DNA of 64,000 nt, taken from an uncultured Nitrospiraceae bacterium (GTDB taxonomy: Bacteria; Nitrospirota; Nitrospiria; Nitrospirales; Nitrospiraceae). Positions 40,753 through 50,604 of the stretch are shown here, one piece after another (positions within the stretch are counted from its first letter, which is position 1; each line of letters opens with the position of its first letter). The notes beneath the pieces are model-generated. The model did not search any database. It was not told the origin of the DNA and saw only the letters and a program-made list of their open reading frames with translations. The stretch spans positions 24,677 to 88,676 of the forward strand of contig CAVSCZ010000013.1 in the NCBI GenBank assembly GCA_963726635.1. Direction: 5' to 3'. A program made the position numbers and the translations under genes.

Positions 40753-40828
40753 CTGCCATACGCTATCAACTATACGCCATATGCTCTTCGTTATCCGGAC
40801 GCGGCGGGCAACGGACGGGGCTCAGGGG
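40753..40828. repeat. family A arm plus family D tail
   Basis: CTGCCATACGCTATCAACTATACGCCATATGCTCTTCGTTATCCGGACGCGGCGGGCAACGGACGGGGCTCAGGGG. It lies immediately downstream of the tail-tube-like gene. Confidence 0.7.
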
Positions 40829-40852
40829 CTCGAGTCGTACAAGTTAGGACTT

Positions 40853-41293
40853 TCAGCCCTCATCAAGCTCTACTCCTTCGTGCGTAATTTCCAACGTCTC
40901 TATCGCGACTTCGTTGCCTTTCGCGTTGAGAGCAGGCCCGACCCACTTGCTCGGCAGGCCGGCCCGAAACTTCCAGCGCATTGCCGGTTGGCGAGCTTCA
41001 TCCAGCAGAACAATTGACCCGCTGAGTCGCTGTGTTTTTCCCTCGATGACTTTCTTGTACCAATCCCACAGTGCCTGATCTTTCGTCCAGCCACGCTTGA
41101 GAGTAATGGTGCCAGGCTTCCTTAAGCCTGTCAGCTTTCGTCCGGCTGGAGACACCTGATTACCAGCCCGATACTCTCCAGCATTGCCTTCGGAGGTCAG
41201 CCCGCTCACTTCGCTGAACCCAGCCTTCATTCCGTCGACTTCAAGAACAAACTTGAACTGACTATTCGGATCTTTGCGTTGAAGATCAGCCAT
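40853..41293 (-). CDS. phage tail tube-like protein (T4 gp19 / TIGR02241 family), orphan
   Basis: FKFVLEVDGMKAGFSEVSGLTSE...EYRAG...KLTGLRKPGTITLKRGWTKDQALWDWY...IVLLDEA...WKFRAGLPSKWVGPALNAKGNEVAIETLEITHEGVEL matches the conserved tail-tube pattern of contractile-tail and eCIS loci. No sheath, baseplate or spike gene is nearby. Confidence 0.75.
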   Translation of the reverse strand: MADLQRKDPNSQFKFVLEVDGMKAGFSEVSGLTSEGNAGEYRAGNQVSPAGRKLTGLRKPGTITLKRGWTKDQALWDWYKKVIEGKTQRLSGSIVLLDEARQPAMRWKFRAGLPSKWVGPALNAKGNEVAIETLEITHEGVELDEG

Positions 41294-41415
41294 AGCAGAC
41301 TCCTTTCAACTCGACGGTCACCACCGTCGCACGGTGAGATACGAAGGAGAGCCGTAGGCTACGGCCTATGAATCGGAGTGTCAACGAGTAGCTTCAGATA
41401 ATACTGATTTTTTGT

Positions 41416-41447
41416 GAAGACGCGGTGGGCGGCTGACGGGGCTGAGC
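41416..41447. repeat. family D motif
   Basis: GAAGACGCGGTGGGCGGCTGACGGGGCTGAGC. Confidence 0.65.
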
Positions 41448-41475
41448 TTTTAGGTCTGGCAAATCCCTGTTTCGA

Positions 41476-41976
41476 TCAGGCGACCGAGTCATGTCTTGGG
41501 AGATGCGACCGTGAGCGCAAGGTATGCCGCTTCAATTGGCTGACGAGGTAGAGCACAATGATCAGATTCAACAGCAGCACGATAACCCGAAGAATCGTCA
41601 CCTGCTCAATGACCTCGTAGAGTTCGAACGGAAGCAGCAGGCTCGTTGACACCACGGTCAGGTACGCGGCCCAGGTGAACTCCAGCCACAGCCCAATACC
41701 TTCCGCCAACAACATTCCGGCATAGCCCAGACTGACGAGCCCCGCCACCAGCACGCTATGCGGTTGCAGCGCATCCACCTTCAGAACCAGCGAGTGAATG
41801 AGGCGAGAGTCGGCATTCAGACGAAGCGATTCGATCAGAAGAGAGAACAGGGTGGCAATCTCAGCATGCACCAATTTGAGGAGGCCCAAGCCGAGGAGGA
41901 GTAACAGCAGGCCCTTCACCACCTTGAATACGGCAATCACGGCCAGGCCGGTATGGTGCGAACGTGCCGTCATCAA
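41476..41976 (-). CDS. DUF2127 membrane protein
   Basis: LAVIAVFKVVKGLLLLLLGLGLLKLVH and 4 TM segments. Confidence 0.7.
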   Translation of the reverse strand: MMTARSHHTGLAVIAVFKVVKGLLLLLLGLGLLKLVHAEIATLFSLLIESLRLNADSRLIHSLVLKVDALQPHSVLVAGLVSLGYAGMLLAEGIGLWLEFTWAAYLTVVSTSLLLPFELYEVIEQVTILRVIVLLLNLIIVLYLVSQLKRHTLRSRSHLPRHDSVA

Positions 41977-42003
41977 TTGAAGAGACTATCACAAACGACG
42001 AGA

Positions 42004-42036
42004 ACCGGACGCATTAGACGGCCGACGGGGCTGAGG
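42004..42036. repeat. family D motif
   Basis: ACCGGACGCATTAGACGGCCGACGGGGCTGAGG. Confidence 0.6.
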
Positions 42037-42064
42037 CGTCATGTATTTACGCGCGCCCTAACGC

Positions 42065-42484
42065 CTAGCTTACCCGATTGAGCAATGCTGGCGATTCGCT
42101 TCTGTCTGAACGGGTCCTTAACAATTGAATGAGTTCAGTTCGTAGCGTGCGATTGAGACGTTGCCGTGCCTCAAGTGGCAAGCGAAGAAACTCCACCCCG
42201 AACTCATGGCCCTGGACCCATTTGATCTTGCCGAGGTCAATTGACAGCGCCTGCGTCTGATCTGGGAGCAGGACACTCACGCGCACGTCACTGCCGCAGA
42301 GGACCACTCGATCGCATATGACGGAGCACCCCATTAGCGACAGGTTCGTCAGGATGCCTTCGGCGACAAATGGAGCCCCACCGAAGATGACAGGATAGTG
42401 GAGCGGGAACCGATGATAGGTCCGGGAATAATAAGGTGGCGCCATCACAGCCTCCGTGACGTCGGATTGTACCGAAGCAGGCAC
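42065..42484 (-). CDS. PilZ-domain protein
   Basis: RxxxR (RTYHR) and N-x-S-x-x-G (NLSLMG) c-di-GMP binding motifs. 139 aa. Confidence 0.7.
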   Translation of the reverse strand: MPASVQSDVTEAVMAPPYYSRTYHRFPLHYPVIFGGAPFVAEGILTNLSLMGCSVICDRVVLCGSDVRVSVLLPDQTQALSIDLGKIKWVQGHEFGVEFLRLPLEARQRLNRTLRTELIQLLRTRSDRSESPALLNRVS

Positions 42485-42550
42485 TGTGAGCGATATCCTA
42501 CCTTGGGAGGGGGAGCCCTAACTCGTGAGACGTATCTCGTTGGAGAGAAG

Positions 42551-42690
42551 AGCATATAGCCGATAGCTGATGGCCTGTGGTTTGTCGCAGAAAAAAACCT
42601 GACTTTCTTTGTGCGTGCTATCAGCCATTAGCCATACGCCATCGGCTCTTTGATTCTCGGACGCGGTGGGCGGCTGGTGGGGCTGGGCGG
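42551..42690. repeat. composite family A palindrome plus family D tail
   Basis: AGCATATAGCCGATAGCTGATGGCC ... GCTATCAGCCATTAGCCATACGCCATCGGCTCTTTGATTCTCGGACGCGGTGGGCGGCTGGTGGGGCTGGGCGG. Confidence 0.75.
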
Positions 42691-42737
42691 CTTTTAAGTC
42701 AGAAATGGTTCTCGACACCTTTGTCTTCCCCCGTCGC

Positions 42738-43421
42738 TTAGTGAGTCCAGATCTTTGTGGGAGTCGATTCGAAAGGATACACATGAATCATCCATCCACC
42801 GGCTTGCGGAACGAATCGCCCGCCTGCCTGCTGACACTCTGATTCCGTGGTAATCGTGCCCCTGAGCCCGAGTTGTTTCCGGGTCATGCGGCGTCCACTG
42901 CCGTCCGGCTGGAAACAGATATTGACGTGGGCATGCCACTGCGCGACGCTCAACGGAATGCGCTCGTTCAACTGGTCCTCGCTCATACCTCTCGGCGCGG
43001 TATACATTGCCCCCTCGAGTTCATAACCATCCCCGCTCTTCCTATACAAGAGCGCAGTCGGTTCGGCCGGATCAAAGCGAATCTTCGCCAGGAATCGGTG
43101 CTGCTTGTTGGCGAAATGATAATGCTTGGGCTGTCGCTCTGGATGAAGCGGAGCATACCCGTCGTTCAGAGCCACTCGATAATCCTGATACTTACCAAGG
43201 GCCTGTCGCAGGGTCTGAACGATCTGATCGGCACGCCTGGCATCGTCTGCATTCGCCGTTCGCAACACCGTCCATTTCATGTGGGGGCCGAGATGTTGCT
43301 GATGAGGAACCATCATGTCGACAGTCCCCTCTGCGTGATCGTGATGATCCATGTCTGCGCTCTGACCGGCAGACTCTCCTTGAGCCAGCTCACCTCCCTG
43401 GGCCGAACGAGCGGCGTCCAT
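42738..43421 (-). CDS. His-rich hypothetical protein, start uncertain
   Basis: Conserved-looking body MDHHDHAEGTVDMMVPHQQHLGPHMKW...SVAQWHAHVNICF. A leader-like FLNCVLIFSVSLLTP lies upstream of Met 43421 with no in-frame ATG/GTG/TTG. The 391-aa ORF extension to 43913 runs through repeat and low-complexity DNA and is not credible. Confidence 0.55.
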   Translation of the reverse strand: MDAARSAQGGELAQGESAGQSADMDHHDHAEGTVDMMVPHQQHLGPHMKWTVLRTANADDARRADQIVQTLRQALGKYQDYRVALNDGYAPLHPERQPKHYHFANKQHRFLAKIRFDPAEPTALLYRKSGDGYELEGAMYTAPRGMSEDQLNERIPLSVAQWHAHVNICFQPDGSGRRMTRKQLGLRGTITTESECQQAGGRFVPQAGGWMIHVYPFESTPTKIWTH

Positions 43422-43700
43422 TGGAGTGAGCAGACTGACTGAAAAAATCAGAACACAATTTAGAAAGTACTCGAAGCAACGCGTTGACTCTCGAACACTT
43501 TTTTCTTTATTTGACAATGAGCCTTCCTTCCTAAAGAGACACCCTGTGCCCAAATTCGAGGGATATTCTACTTTCTTAGAGGTGGAAGGTCGATCCCCTA
43601 TACCACTTATAGATGCTCCTTCCAGGCCGCCCGTCCCCCCCTCTCTCTCAGTGCGAGATTCCAGTTCTCTCTCAGAAATGTGGCCTGGTTGATCATCGAA

Positions 43701-43747
43701 TGCGCGCGTCCAACAAAGAGAGTTCGCGATCGCGCGTTGCACGAGCA
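43701..43747. repeat. family C hairpin (GCGCGTCCAAC...CGCGCGTTGC type)
   Basis: TGCGCGCGTCCAACAAAGAGAGTTCGCGATCGCGCGTTGCACGAGCA. Confidence 0.65.
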
Positions 43748-43959
43748 TAGGAGACCGATTAGGCTGCCCTCCCCGTCCCTCTGGAATTTCTCCACTTCCC
43801 CTCTGGAATTTCTCCCCAACTTTCATCTCGTCGCTCGCATCTAGTCGTTCATCGTTCACATGACCTTTATGCATCTTAACTAACTGTTCTTCCTCACCAT
43901 TCAATCTTCTCACTCTTCATCTTCGAGCCCGGCACATTCCCTGCTGATGCATTCTTACG

Positions 43960-44555
43960 ATGCCGACTCATTCTTCCATTCTGTTGATCGAAGACAGCCC
44001 AGGCGAATGCGAACTGTTTCGCCTCGCACTGGCCCAAACCGGACCTCGATGTCGCGCTGTATACCGAGCACGACGCGGAGGCGGCGCTTCATTTTCTTGA
44101 AAGTCCGACCGGTATCACCAATGGTCCAACCAAGCTCTCCTGGCGAGGCGGCTGGCGTGGTCTCCACTCGCACGTCGAACGAGGGCCTTCTGAGGCCGCG
44201 GTTCCGTGAGCACTGCGCGCATGCGACCGAGCACATTCTGATTCGCGCGCGGTCGGCGAGCACCGGAGATCGATCAGGCCTCCCCTCTCTTATCCTTCTG
44301 GACCTGCAGCTCTCCGGCCAGAACGGCTGCAACTTTTTGAAATGGCTCCGGGCCGACGCCCGCTTCGCCGCGATCCCCGTCGTCGTCTTCACCACGTCGG
44401 ACGACCAGAACGATCTGGCTCGCTGCTATGCAAACGGCGCGAACGGCTATGTGGTGAAACCAGGCACCTTCGACCAGCTCGTCGAATGTGTCCGCGATCT
44501 CTGCTCCTTCTGGTTGAAGTGGAATCGGACCAGTGAGGTACTCGTCCGATGCTGA
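43960..44555 (+). pseudogene. response-regulator receiver domain disrupted by frame changes and a ~140-bp repeat-containing insertion
   Basis: MPTHSSILLIEDSPGECELFRLALAQTG (frame 1), LDVALYTEHDAEAALHFLES (frame 2), then PSLILLDLQLSGQNGCNFLKWLRADARFAAIPVVVFTTSDDQNDLARCYANGANGYVVKP (frame 3). About 190 nt separate LHFLES from PSLILLDL where ~45 nt is usual. The extra DNA carries a family-C hairpin (44167-44213). The stop overlaps the RND start. Confidence 0.7.
44167..44213. repeat. family C hairpin inside the receiver-domain gene
   Basis: CTCGCACGTCGAACGAGGGCCTTCTGAGGCCGCGGTTCCGTGAGCA. Its core CGAACGAGGGCCTTCTGAGG closely matches the core of copy 58291-58336 (CCAACGAGGGCCTTCTGAGG). Confidence 0.65.
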
Positions 44556-47500
44556 CCCGCGCCGCCCTCAAAAATCCCTACGCCGTCTTTGCCATCTGCA
44601 TGATCGCGCTCGTCCTCGGAGCCGTGTCCTATCAAAAGATGCGGGTGGACATTTTCCCTGAGATCAAGATCCCGACCATTCTCGTGACGACGTTCTACCG
44701 CGGACTGAGCCCCAGCGAGATGGAAGGGGCAATCACACTCAAGATGGAGCAGCGCTTTGTCGAAGCGAGCTATGTCGAACATATCGAATCCCAGTCGCTC
44801 GCCGGCATGAGCTACATCAAAGTCTTCTTCCAGCCTGATTACAGCATCGATTCGGCCCAGTCCGAACTGACCAGCCTGGCCTACAGCATCATTCGCCTGC
44901 TCCCGCCCGGCGTATTTCCCCCCTCCGTCTATAAATTCGGCGTCGCGAGCTTGCCGGTGGGACTCCTCTCCGTGAGTAGCGAGACGCTTGGGAGCGAAAG
45001 AGATTCGGGACCTGGCCTACTTCACCGTGCGCCAGCAGATCGCCACCATCCCCGGCATTTCGTTCGGCCCCCCGCTTGGCGGGAAAGTCCGGCAGATCAC
45101 CGTCTTCCTCGATCAGCAAAGGATGATGGCGCGTGACGTGTCCCCCTCGGACGTCGTCAAAGCCCTTAATTCCCAGAGCGCCATCATCCCGGCCGGCAAC
45201 ATGAAGATCGGCGATCTGGATTACTACGTCTATTCGAACAGCCTCATCGATGTGGTCGAGAAGATCAACGACATCCCCATCAAAATCGTGAACGGCACGC
45301 CGATCTTCGTGCGCGACATCGGCACGGCCTCCGACTCGGCTGCCATTCAAACCTCCATCGTGCGGGTGAACGGCCGCGAGGCCACCTATATCCCCATCAC
45401 GCGGCAGGAAGGGGCGAATACGCTGGAAGTGACGGACGGGATTCGTGCCAAGCTGCCGAAGCTGACGGAGATTCCCGCCGGCACCACGGTCAAATTCATC
45501 TACGACCAATCGCTCTATATCCGGCAGGCCATTGCCAATCTGCAGAAGGAAGGGCTGCTGGGGGCTGCGCTGGCCGGCTTGATGATCTTCCTGTTTCTCA
45601 GCAGCATCAAAGCGGCGCTCGTCGTCGGGTTGGCGATTCCCCTCTCGCTCACCACCGCGCTCGTCGCGCTCTATTTGACCGGCCAGAGCGTGAACATCAT
45701 GACGCTCGGCGGGTTGGCGCTCGTGATCGGCACCTTGCTGGACAACAACATCGTCGTGCAGGAAAACCTGCATCGCCATTTGGAGATGGGCAAAGACGGC
45801 CGCTCTGCTGCAGAAGACAGCGCGACCGAGCTGACGCTGCCGATTCTCGTCGCTACGATCTGCATCCTGATCGTGTACCTCCCCATCATGTTCTTCACCG
45901 GCATCATCAAATATCTCTTCGTGCCGCTCGCCATGACCGTAGCCTTTGCCATGCTCGCAGACTATGCCGTCTCGATGTCCGTGACCCCGGTGCTCCTCGC
46001 CCGCTTTTACCAGAAGGGCCATGGCGGGAACGGCACGGACGAGAGCTCTGCCTCCACCGGCTGGTTCCGCTTTGTTCTGGCGCTCTATACCCCGCTGTTG
46101 CGGGGAGGCCTGCGCCTCAAGCCGGTCGTGATCGGCCTGGCCCTCCTTGCGCTCATCGGCACCGCAGTCCTCCTGGTCCCCCGCCTGCACACGGAGTTCT
46201 TCCCGCGGATCGACGCGGGCAATTTCACCATCAATATCTCGGCGCCTGAAGGATCGCGGATTGAAAAGACGACGGCGATTGTGGCGCAGATTGAAAAGCT
46301 GGTGCAGGAGACCATTCCCAAAGATGACCTCGAAGAGGTCATCTCCAACACCGGACTCTATTTCGGCGATGCGGCCCGCTTCGCGCCGAACACCGGCAAC
46401 CACACGGCCTTTGTGCTCGTGAACCTCGTGACGGGGCACCAGGGCCATAGCGACGAGTACATCACCCGGTTACGAACCAGGTTGCGCGAATCATTACCAG
46501 GCGTCGAGGTCTCATTCCAGACCGGCGGCATCATCAGCGATGTGCTGAACTTCGGCCTGCGGGCGCCGATCGACATTCAGGTGAAAGGGCCGACGCTCGA
46601 CATCATTCGATCGGTGGCGGAAGAGATTCAACAGAAAGTCGCGCGCGTGCCCAACACGGTGGATGTGCGGATCAAGCAAGGCAAGAGCTACCCGGAGATG
46701 CACCTCGACGTGGATCGCACCAAGGCTGCCTACTACGGCATCGCGCAGGATCGCGTGATCGTGGACGTGATCACCGGCATCAGTTCAAACATCGCGTTGA
46801 GCCCCAACTATTGGCTCGATCCAAAGACCGGTAACGGCTACTACTTGCTGGCGCAGTATCCGGAACAGTCGCTGACCTCAACCGAGGATCTGCTCAACAT
46901 CCCGATCATCGGCGCCCGCACGCCCCTGCGTTCCACATCCTCGCTGACCACAACCGGCGCGAGCGGCTCGACCATGGCACTCCAGAACACGCCCTTTGCC
47001 GGACGCCAAATGGAGATGTCCAGCGGCTTCTACGGTCCCGGAGACGAGCGGCGGGGACCTCCGGTGCTCCTCCGGGATGTGGCTGCCTTGTCGTTCAAGA
47101 CCGGCCCGGATTCCGTGGACCACTACGACCTGTCGCGCTTGATCGACGTGTTGATCACACCTGTCGGCAACGACCTGGGCCACGTCGCGAAGGACATTGA
47201 ACAGGTCCTGGCAACCATCCAACTCCCGAAAGACGTGACGCTGCAGCTCCGTGGCGAAGTCGCCAACATGCGCTCGGCCATCGGCAGTTTCGCGCTCGCG
47301 CTGCCGCTCGCCGTACTGTTGATCTATCTCGTGATGGTGGGACTGTTCCGGTCCTTGATCGATCCCTTAATCATCCTGGTGGCTGTTCCGCTGGGCTGGA
47401 TCGGCACGGTGCTGTTGCTGCATCTGACCAACACATCGGTCAACGTGGAATCCATGATCGGCACGCTCATGATGATGGGCATCGTGGTCTCCAACAGCAT

Positions 47501-47819
47501 TCTGCTGGTGGACTATGCGAATCGCCTGGTGCGGGCGGGGGCCACGGCGGAACAGGCGGTATTCCAGGCCGGCACCCACCGCATTCGCCCGATTCTGATG
47601 ACGGCCCTCGCGACGATTCTTGGATTGCTGCCGCTGGCGCTGGGCTTCGGCGAAGGCAATGAAACGATGGTCCCCTTAGCCCGCGCCGTCGTCGGAGGCC
47701 TCGCGGTCTCCACCATCATGACGCTGCTCGTGGTGCCGGTGATGCATGCAATGGTGTTGGGGCGACGCGTGCATCTCATCAACTCGCCGACACCGGCCGC
47801 TTCTTCAGAGGAGATCTAG
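44549..47819 (+). pseudogene. RND efflux transporter permease (AcrB/CzcA family) with one frame change
   Basis: MLTRAALKNPYAVFAICMIALVLGAVSY...LLSVSSETLG, then KEIRDLAYFTVRQQIATIPGIS... for 943 more residues. Removing one G from the GGG run at 44990-44992 gives SETLGAKEIRDLAYF and one ~1089-aa ORF. Confidence 0.9.
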
Positions 47820-47823
47820 CAGC

Positions 47824-49053
47824 ATGCTCACTCAGTCCACCGCCGTAATGCTCACCCTGATCCTGCTCCTCTCGGGATGCCAACGAGAGAAACCGGCTCA
47901 ACCAACCACATCCGGCGCGGCAGCCCCAGCCGGTTCCGACCAGAACGAGGCGCCACCCGGCGCAGCAGACAGCCAACCGGTGGATGTGCAGGTCACGAAA
48001 CCGACGAGACGCGAGCTGATCTACACAGTTACGCTTCCGGCAAACATCTCGCCGCTCTATCAAACCACGCTCTACGCCAAAGTGTCCGGCTATTTGAAAT
48101 GGATCGGTCCCGACAAAGGCGATGCGGTCAAGAAGGATCAGGTCCTGGCGATCATCGATGCACCGGAAGTGGAAGAGCAATACCACCAGGCTCTGTCCGA
48201 CTACCACATCAAGAAACTGACGTTCGAACGGTTGGCCAAAGTCTGGAAGGAATCGCCGGACGTGATCGCCAAACAGGATGTCGATGTTGCAGAGGCCGCC
48301 TCTCAGGGAGCCAAACATCTGGTGGAGCAGCGGGCCGCGCTTCGAGACTACACCAAGGTCCGCGCGCCCTATGCCGGAATCATCACGGCTCGTTTTGCCG
48401 ATCCCGGCGCGTTGATCCAGATCGCCACGGCATCTTCGGCCGGAGCCATTCCGCTCTTCACGATCATGGACCTCGATACGGTGCGCATCTACACGAACGT
48501 CCCGCAGGACGATTCGCCCTGGGTGGTGCCGGGAAAGACCAAAGCCACCCTCAGCGTCAAGGGACTCGATGGACGATCGTTCACCGGCACGGTCACGCGT
48601 TCGACCCTGGTGCTTGATCCGTCGACGCGCAGCCTGCTCGTTGAGATCGACCTCCCGAATCCTGATCACGCGCTACGCCCCGGCACCTTTGTGGAGATAT
48701 CCCTTGGGCTGCGCGAAATTCCCGATGCGCTCGTGCTGCCGCCTCAAGCCGTCAGCAGCGGGCCCAAAGGCAAGTCCGTGTTCATCATCGAGGCCGGACG
48801 CGCGCATTCAGTGCCGGTGCAAACCGGCATCAGCGACGGCCGCTGGATAGAGATCACGTCCGGGTTGGCGGGCGACGAAGATGTCGTCGTGGTCGGCAAG
48901 CGCAAACTGATGGAAGGCTCTCCCGTCGTTCCGGCGCCTTTCAACCTGCCGGAGGCGAAACCGGCCGTCCAAAAATTCGAACGGCAGTCGCCGGGCTCTC
49001 CCGCCCCGGCAGCATCGACTTCAGAAACAGCAACGCCCAGGAATCCCAAGTAG
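47824..49053 (+). CDS. efflux RND periplasmic adaptor (membrane fusion protein), lipoprotein
   Basis: Lipobox LLLSGC, biotinyl-lipoyl-like hairpin (LYAKVSGYLKWIGPDKGDAVKKDQVLAIIDAPE) and beta-barrel (VRAPYAGIITARFADPGALI). Confidence 0.9.
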   Translation: MLTQSTAVMLTLILLLSGCQREKPAQPTTSGAAAPAGSDQNEAPPGAADSQPVDVQVTKPTRRELIYTVTLPANISPLYQTTLYAKVSGYLKWIGPDKGDAVKKDQVLAIIDAPEVEEQYHQALSDYHIKKLTFERLAKVWKESPDVIAKQDVDVAEAASQGAKHLVEQRAALRDYTKVRAPYAGIITARFADPGALIQIATASSAGAIPLFTIMDLDTVRIYTNVPQDDSPWVVPGKTKATLSVKGLDGRSFTGTVTRSTLVLDPSTRSLLVEIDLPNPDHALRPGTFVEISLGLREIPDALVLPPQAVSSGPKGKSVFIIEAGRAHSVPVQTGISDGRWIEITSGLAGDEDVVVVGKRKLMEGSPVVPAPFNLPEAKPAVQKFERQSPGSPAPAASTSETATPRNPK

Positions 49054-49091
49054 CTCATGAACACCTGACGATGCGACCATAAGGAGGTACC

Positions 49092-50462
49092 ATGCATAAC
49101 TCAATCACTCGGGGTCTGATCACCTTCACGATCCTCGCCTCACTCGGCGGGCCGGCCCCCGCGTCGGCACAGCCGCTGACGCGCTCATCCGAACCGCCTC
49201 CCCGCGGGAGCTTTCTCGGCTTGCAGAGCGCCGTCGAGCTGGCGTTGCAGAATCATCCGGCTGTCCAAGAAGCCAGTGCTAACTTGAAAGGAGCCGAAGC
49301 GCGAACTCAACAGACGCGCTCGCTCTATTATCCCCAAGTCTATGCGAATGCCGACACCACCGCCGGGGCGGGACGTCCCAACCCTCGCTTCCTCGTCGGC
49401 GGCGCGTTGCTTCAGCAGAACCAAAGCATCTTCGTCGCCGGAGTGATCGCCAACCAGCGCATCTACGATTTCGGGGTGACCAGCAACCTGGTCGAATCCT
49501 CGCAATTGGCCGAACGCGCGCAGGGGCAGGATGTGAATGCGCGGCGCGCCCTCGTGATCCTGAATGTTCAGCGCACCTACTTGAACAGCCTCAAGCGCCG
49601 CAAGCTCGTGCAGATCGCGGAAGAAACCGTTCGTGAACGAGGGCTGATCGCGGGGCAGATCGAAGCGCTCTACCGCCAGCAACTCAAATCCAAGCTGGAT
49701 TGGAACCTCGTGCGCGTCGAACTCGTCAATGCGGAGTCCTTCCTGGTTCGAAGCCGCAACGATCTGAAGTCCAGCTACGCGGACATCAACCGGGCCATGG
49801 GCGTGGCGGGACAGGACGATTACGTGTTGGAAGACATTGCCATCGACGTCAAGCCGACCCGTCCGTTGGACTCGCTGATCAGCGACAGCTTGTCCCATCC
49901 GGAGCTCCAACGTCTCAAAGAACAAACGGCCTCGGCGGAAGCAAAATTACGCGCCACGAAGCAACAGTATCTCCCGACGATTTCGGCTATCGCGAGCGGA
50001 GGAACATTCGAGCCGTTCGATGCCAGGGAGAATCAGCAGACTGGAGGCTGGTGGACGGCGGGGGCCTTAGTGTCGATGCCGCTCTTCACCGGTTTTCTGA
50101 TCGAGAACCAAATCCATGAGGCGAGGGCGCAGAAAAACGCATCGGATGCGGCTACCATGAACGTCGAGCAGGCTCTCACGCAACAGGTAACCAACTCCTA
50201 TCTGGATACTGTCACCTTCGTGCAACAGATCAAGCTGGCAGAGGAACAGGTCAAGACGGCGCAGGAAGCCTTGGGGCTGGCCAAGCAGCGTTACAAACTC
50301 GGACTGGGGACGATCGTCGAAGTGACACAGTCTGAAGTCGCCGTCACGGCGGCCCAAACCAGGCTGGCGGAAGCCCAATACGATTATAAGATTGCCGAGG
50401 TGACGCTCGCCTATGCAGCGGGGGGACGAAGCCAGCTGGAGATCGATTCGACGGTTCGCTAG
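49092..50462 (+). CDS. TolC-family outer-membrane efflux protein
   Basis: Signal peptide and two repeats of the OEP helical pattern (SLYYPQVYANAD..., QQYLPTISAIASGG...). 456 aa. Confidence 0.85.
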   Translation: MHNSITRGLITFTILASLGGPAPASAQPLTRSSEPPPRGSFLGLQSAVELALQNHPAVQEASANLKGAEARTQQTRSLYYPQVYANADTTAGAGRPNPRFLVGGALLQQNQSIFVAGVIANQRIYDFGVTSNLVESSQLAERAQGQDVNARRALVILNVQRTYLNSLKRRKLVQIAEETVRERGLIAGQIEALYRQQLKSKLDWNLVRVELVNAESFLVRSRNDLKSSYADINRAMGVAGQDDYVLEDIAIDVKPTRPLDSLISDSLSHPELQRLKEQTASAEAKLRATKQQYLPTISAIASGGTFEPFDARENQQTGGWWTAGALVSMPLFTGFLIENQIHEARAQKNASDAATMNVEQALTQQVTNSYLDTVTFVQQIKLAEEQVKTAQEALGLAKQRYKLGLGTIVEVTQSEVAVTAAQTRLAEAQYDYKIAEVTLAYAAGGRSQLEIDSTVR

Positions 50463-50475
50463 ACAGAACCAGATC

Positions 50476-50604
50476 CTGCGGGACGCTCAAAAAGTCCGTC
50501 CAGCAAGGCCGCAACCGATGAAAGCGCCGGAGGCGTGGCCTCTGGGCTACGTTGAGAATGCTTTCGAGAAAAGAACGAAGCTGGAGGACTTCTTCAGCGT
50601 CCCG
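50476..50604. repeat. family B palindromic intergenic element, copy 1 (129 bp)
   Basis: CTGCGGGACGCTCAAAAAGTCCGTCCAGCAAGGCCGCA...GGGCTACGTTGAGAATGCTTTCGAG...CTGGAGGACTTCTTCAGCGTCCCG. The ~25-nt ends are inverted repeats of each other. It lies between the tolC-like stop and the lipoprotein stop. Confidence 0.8.

Noticed and set aside
29435-42690. Whether the recurring family A motifs could be a CRISPR array.
   Set aside because: The copies are not regularly spaced, are separated by whole genes, occur in both orientations and form palindromes. No cas genes are present.
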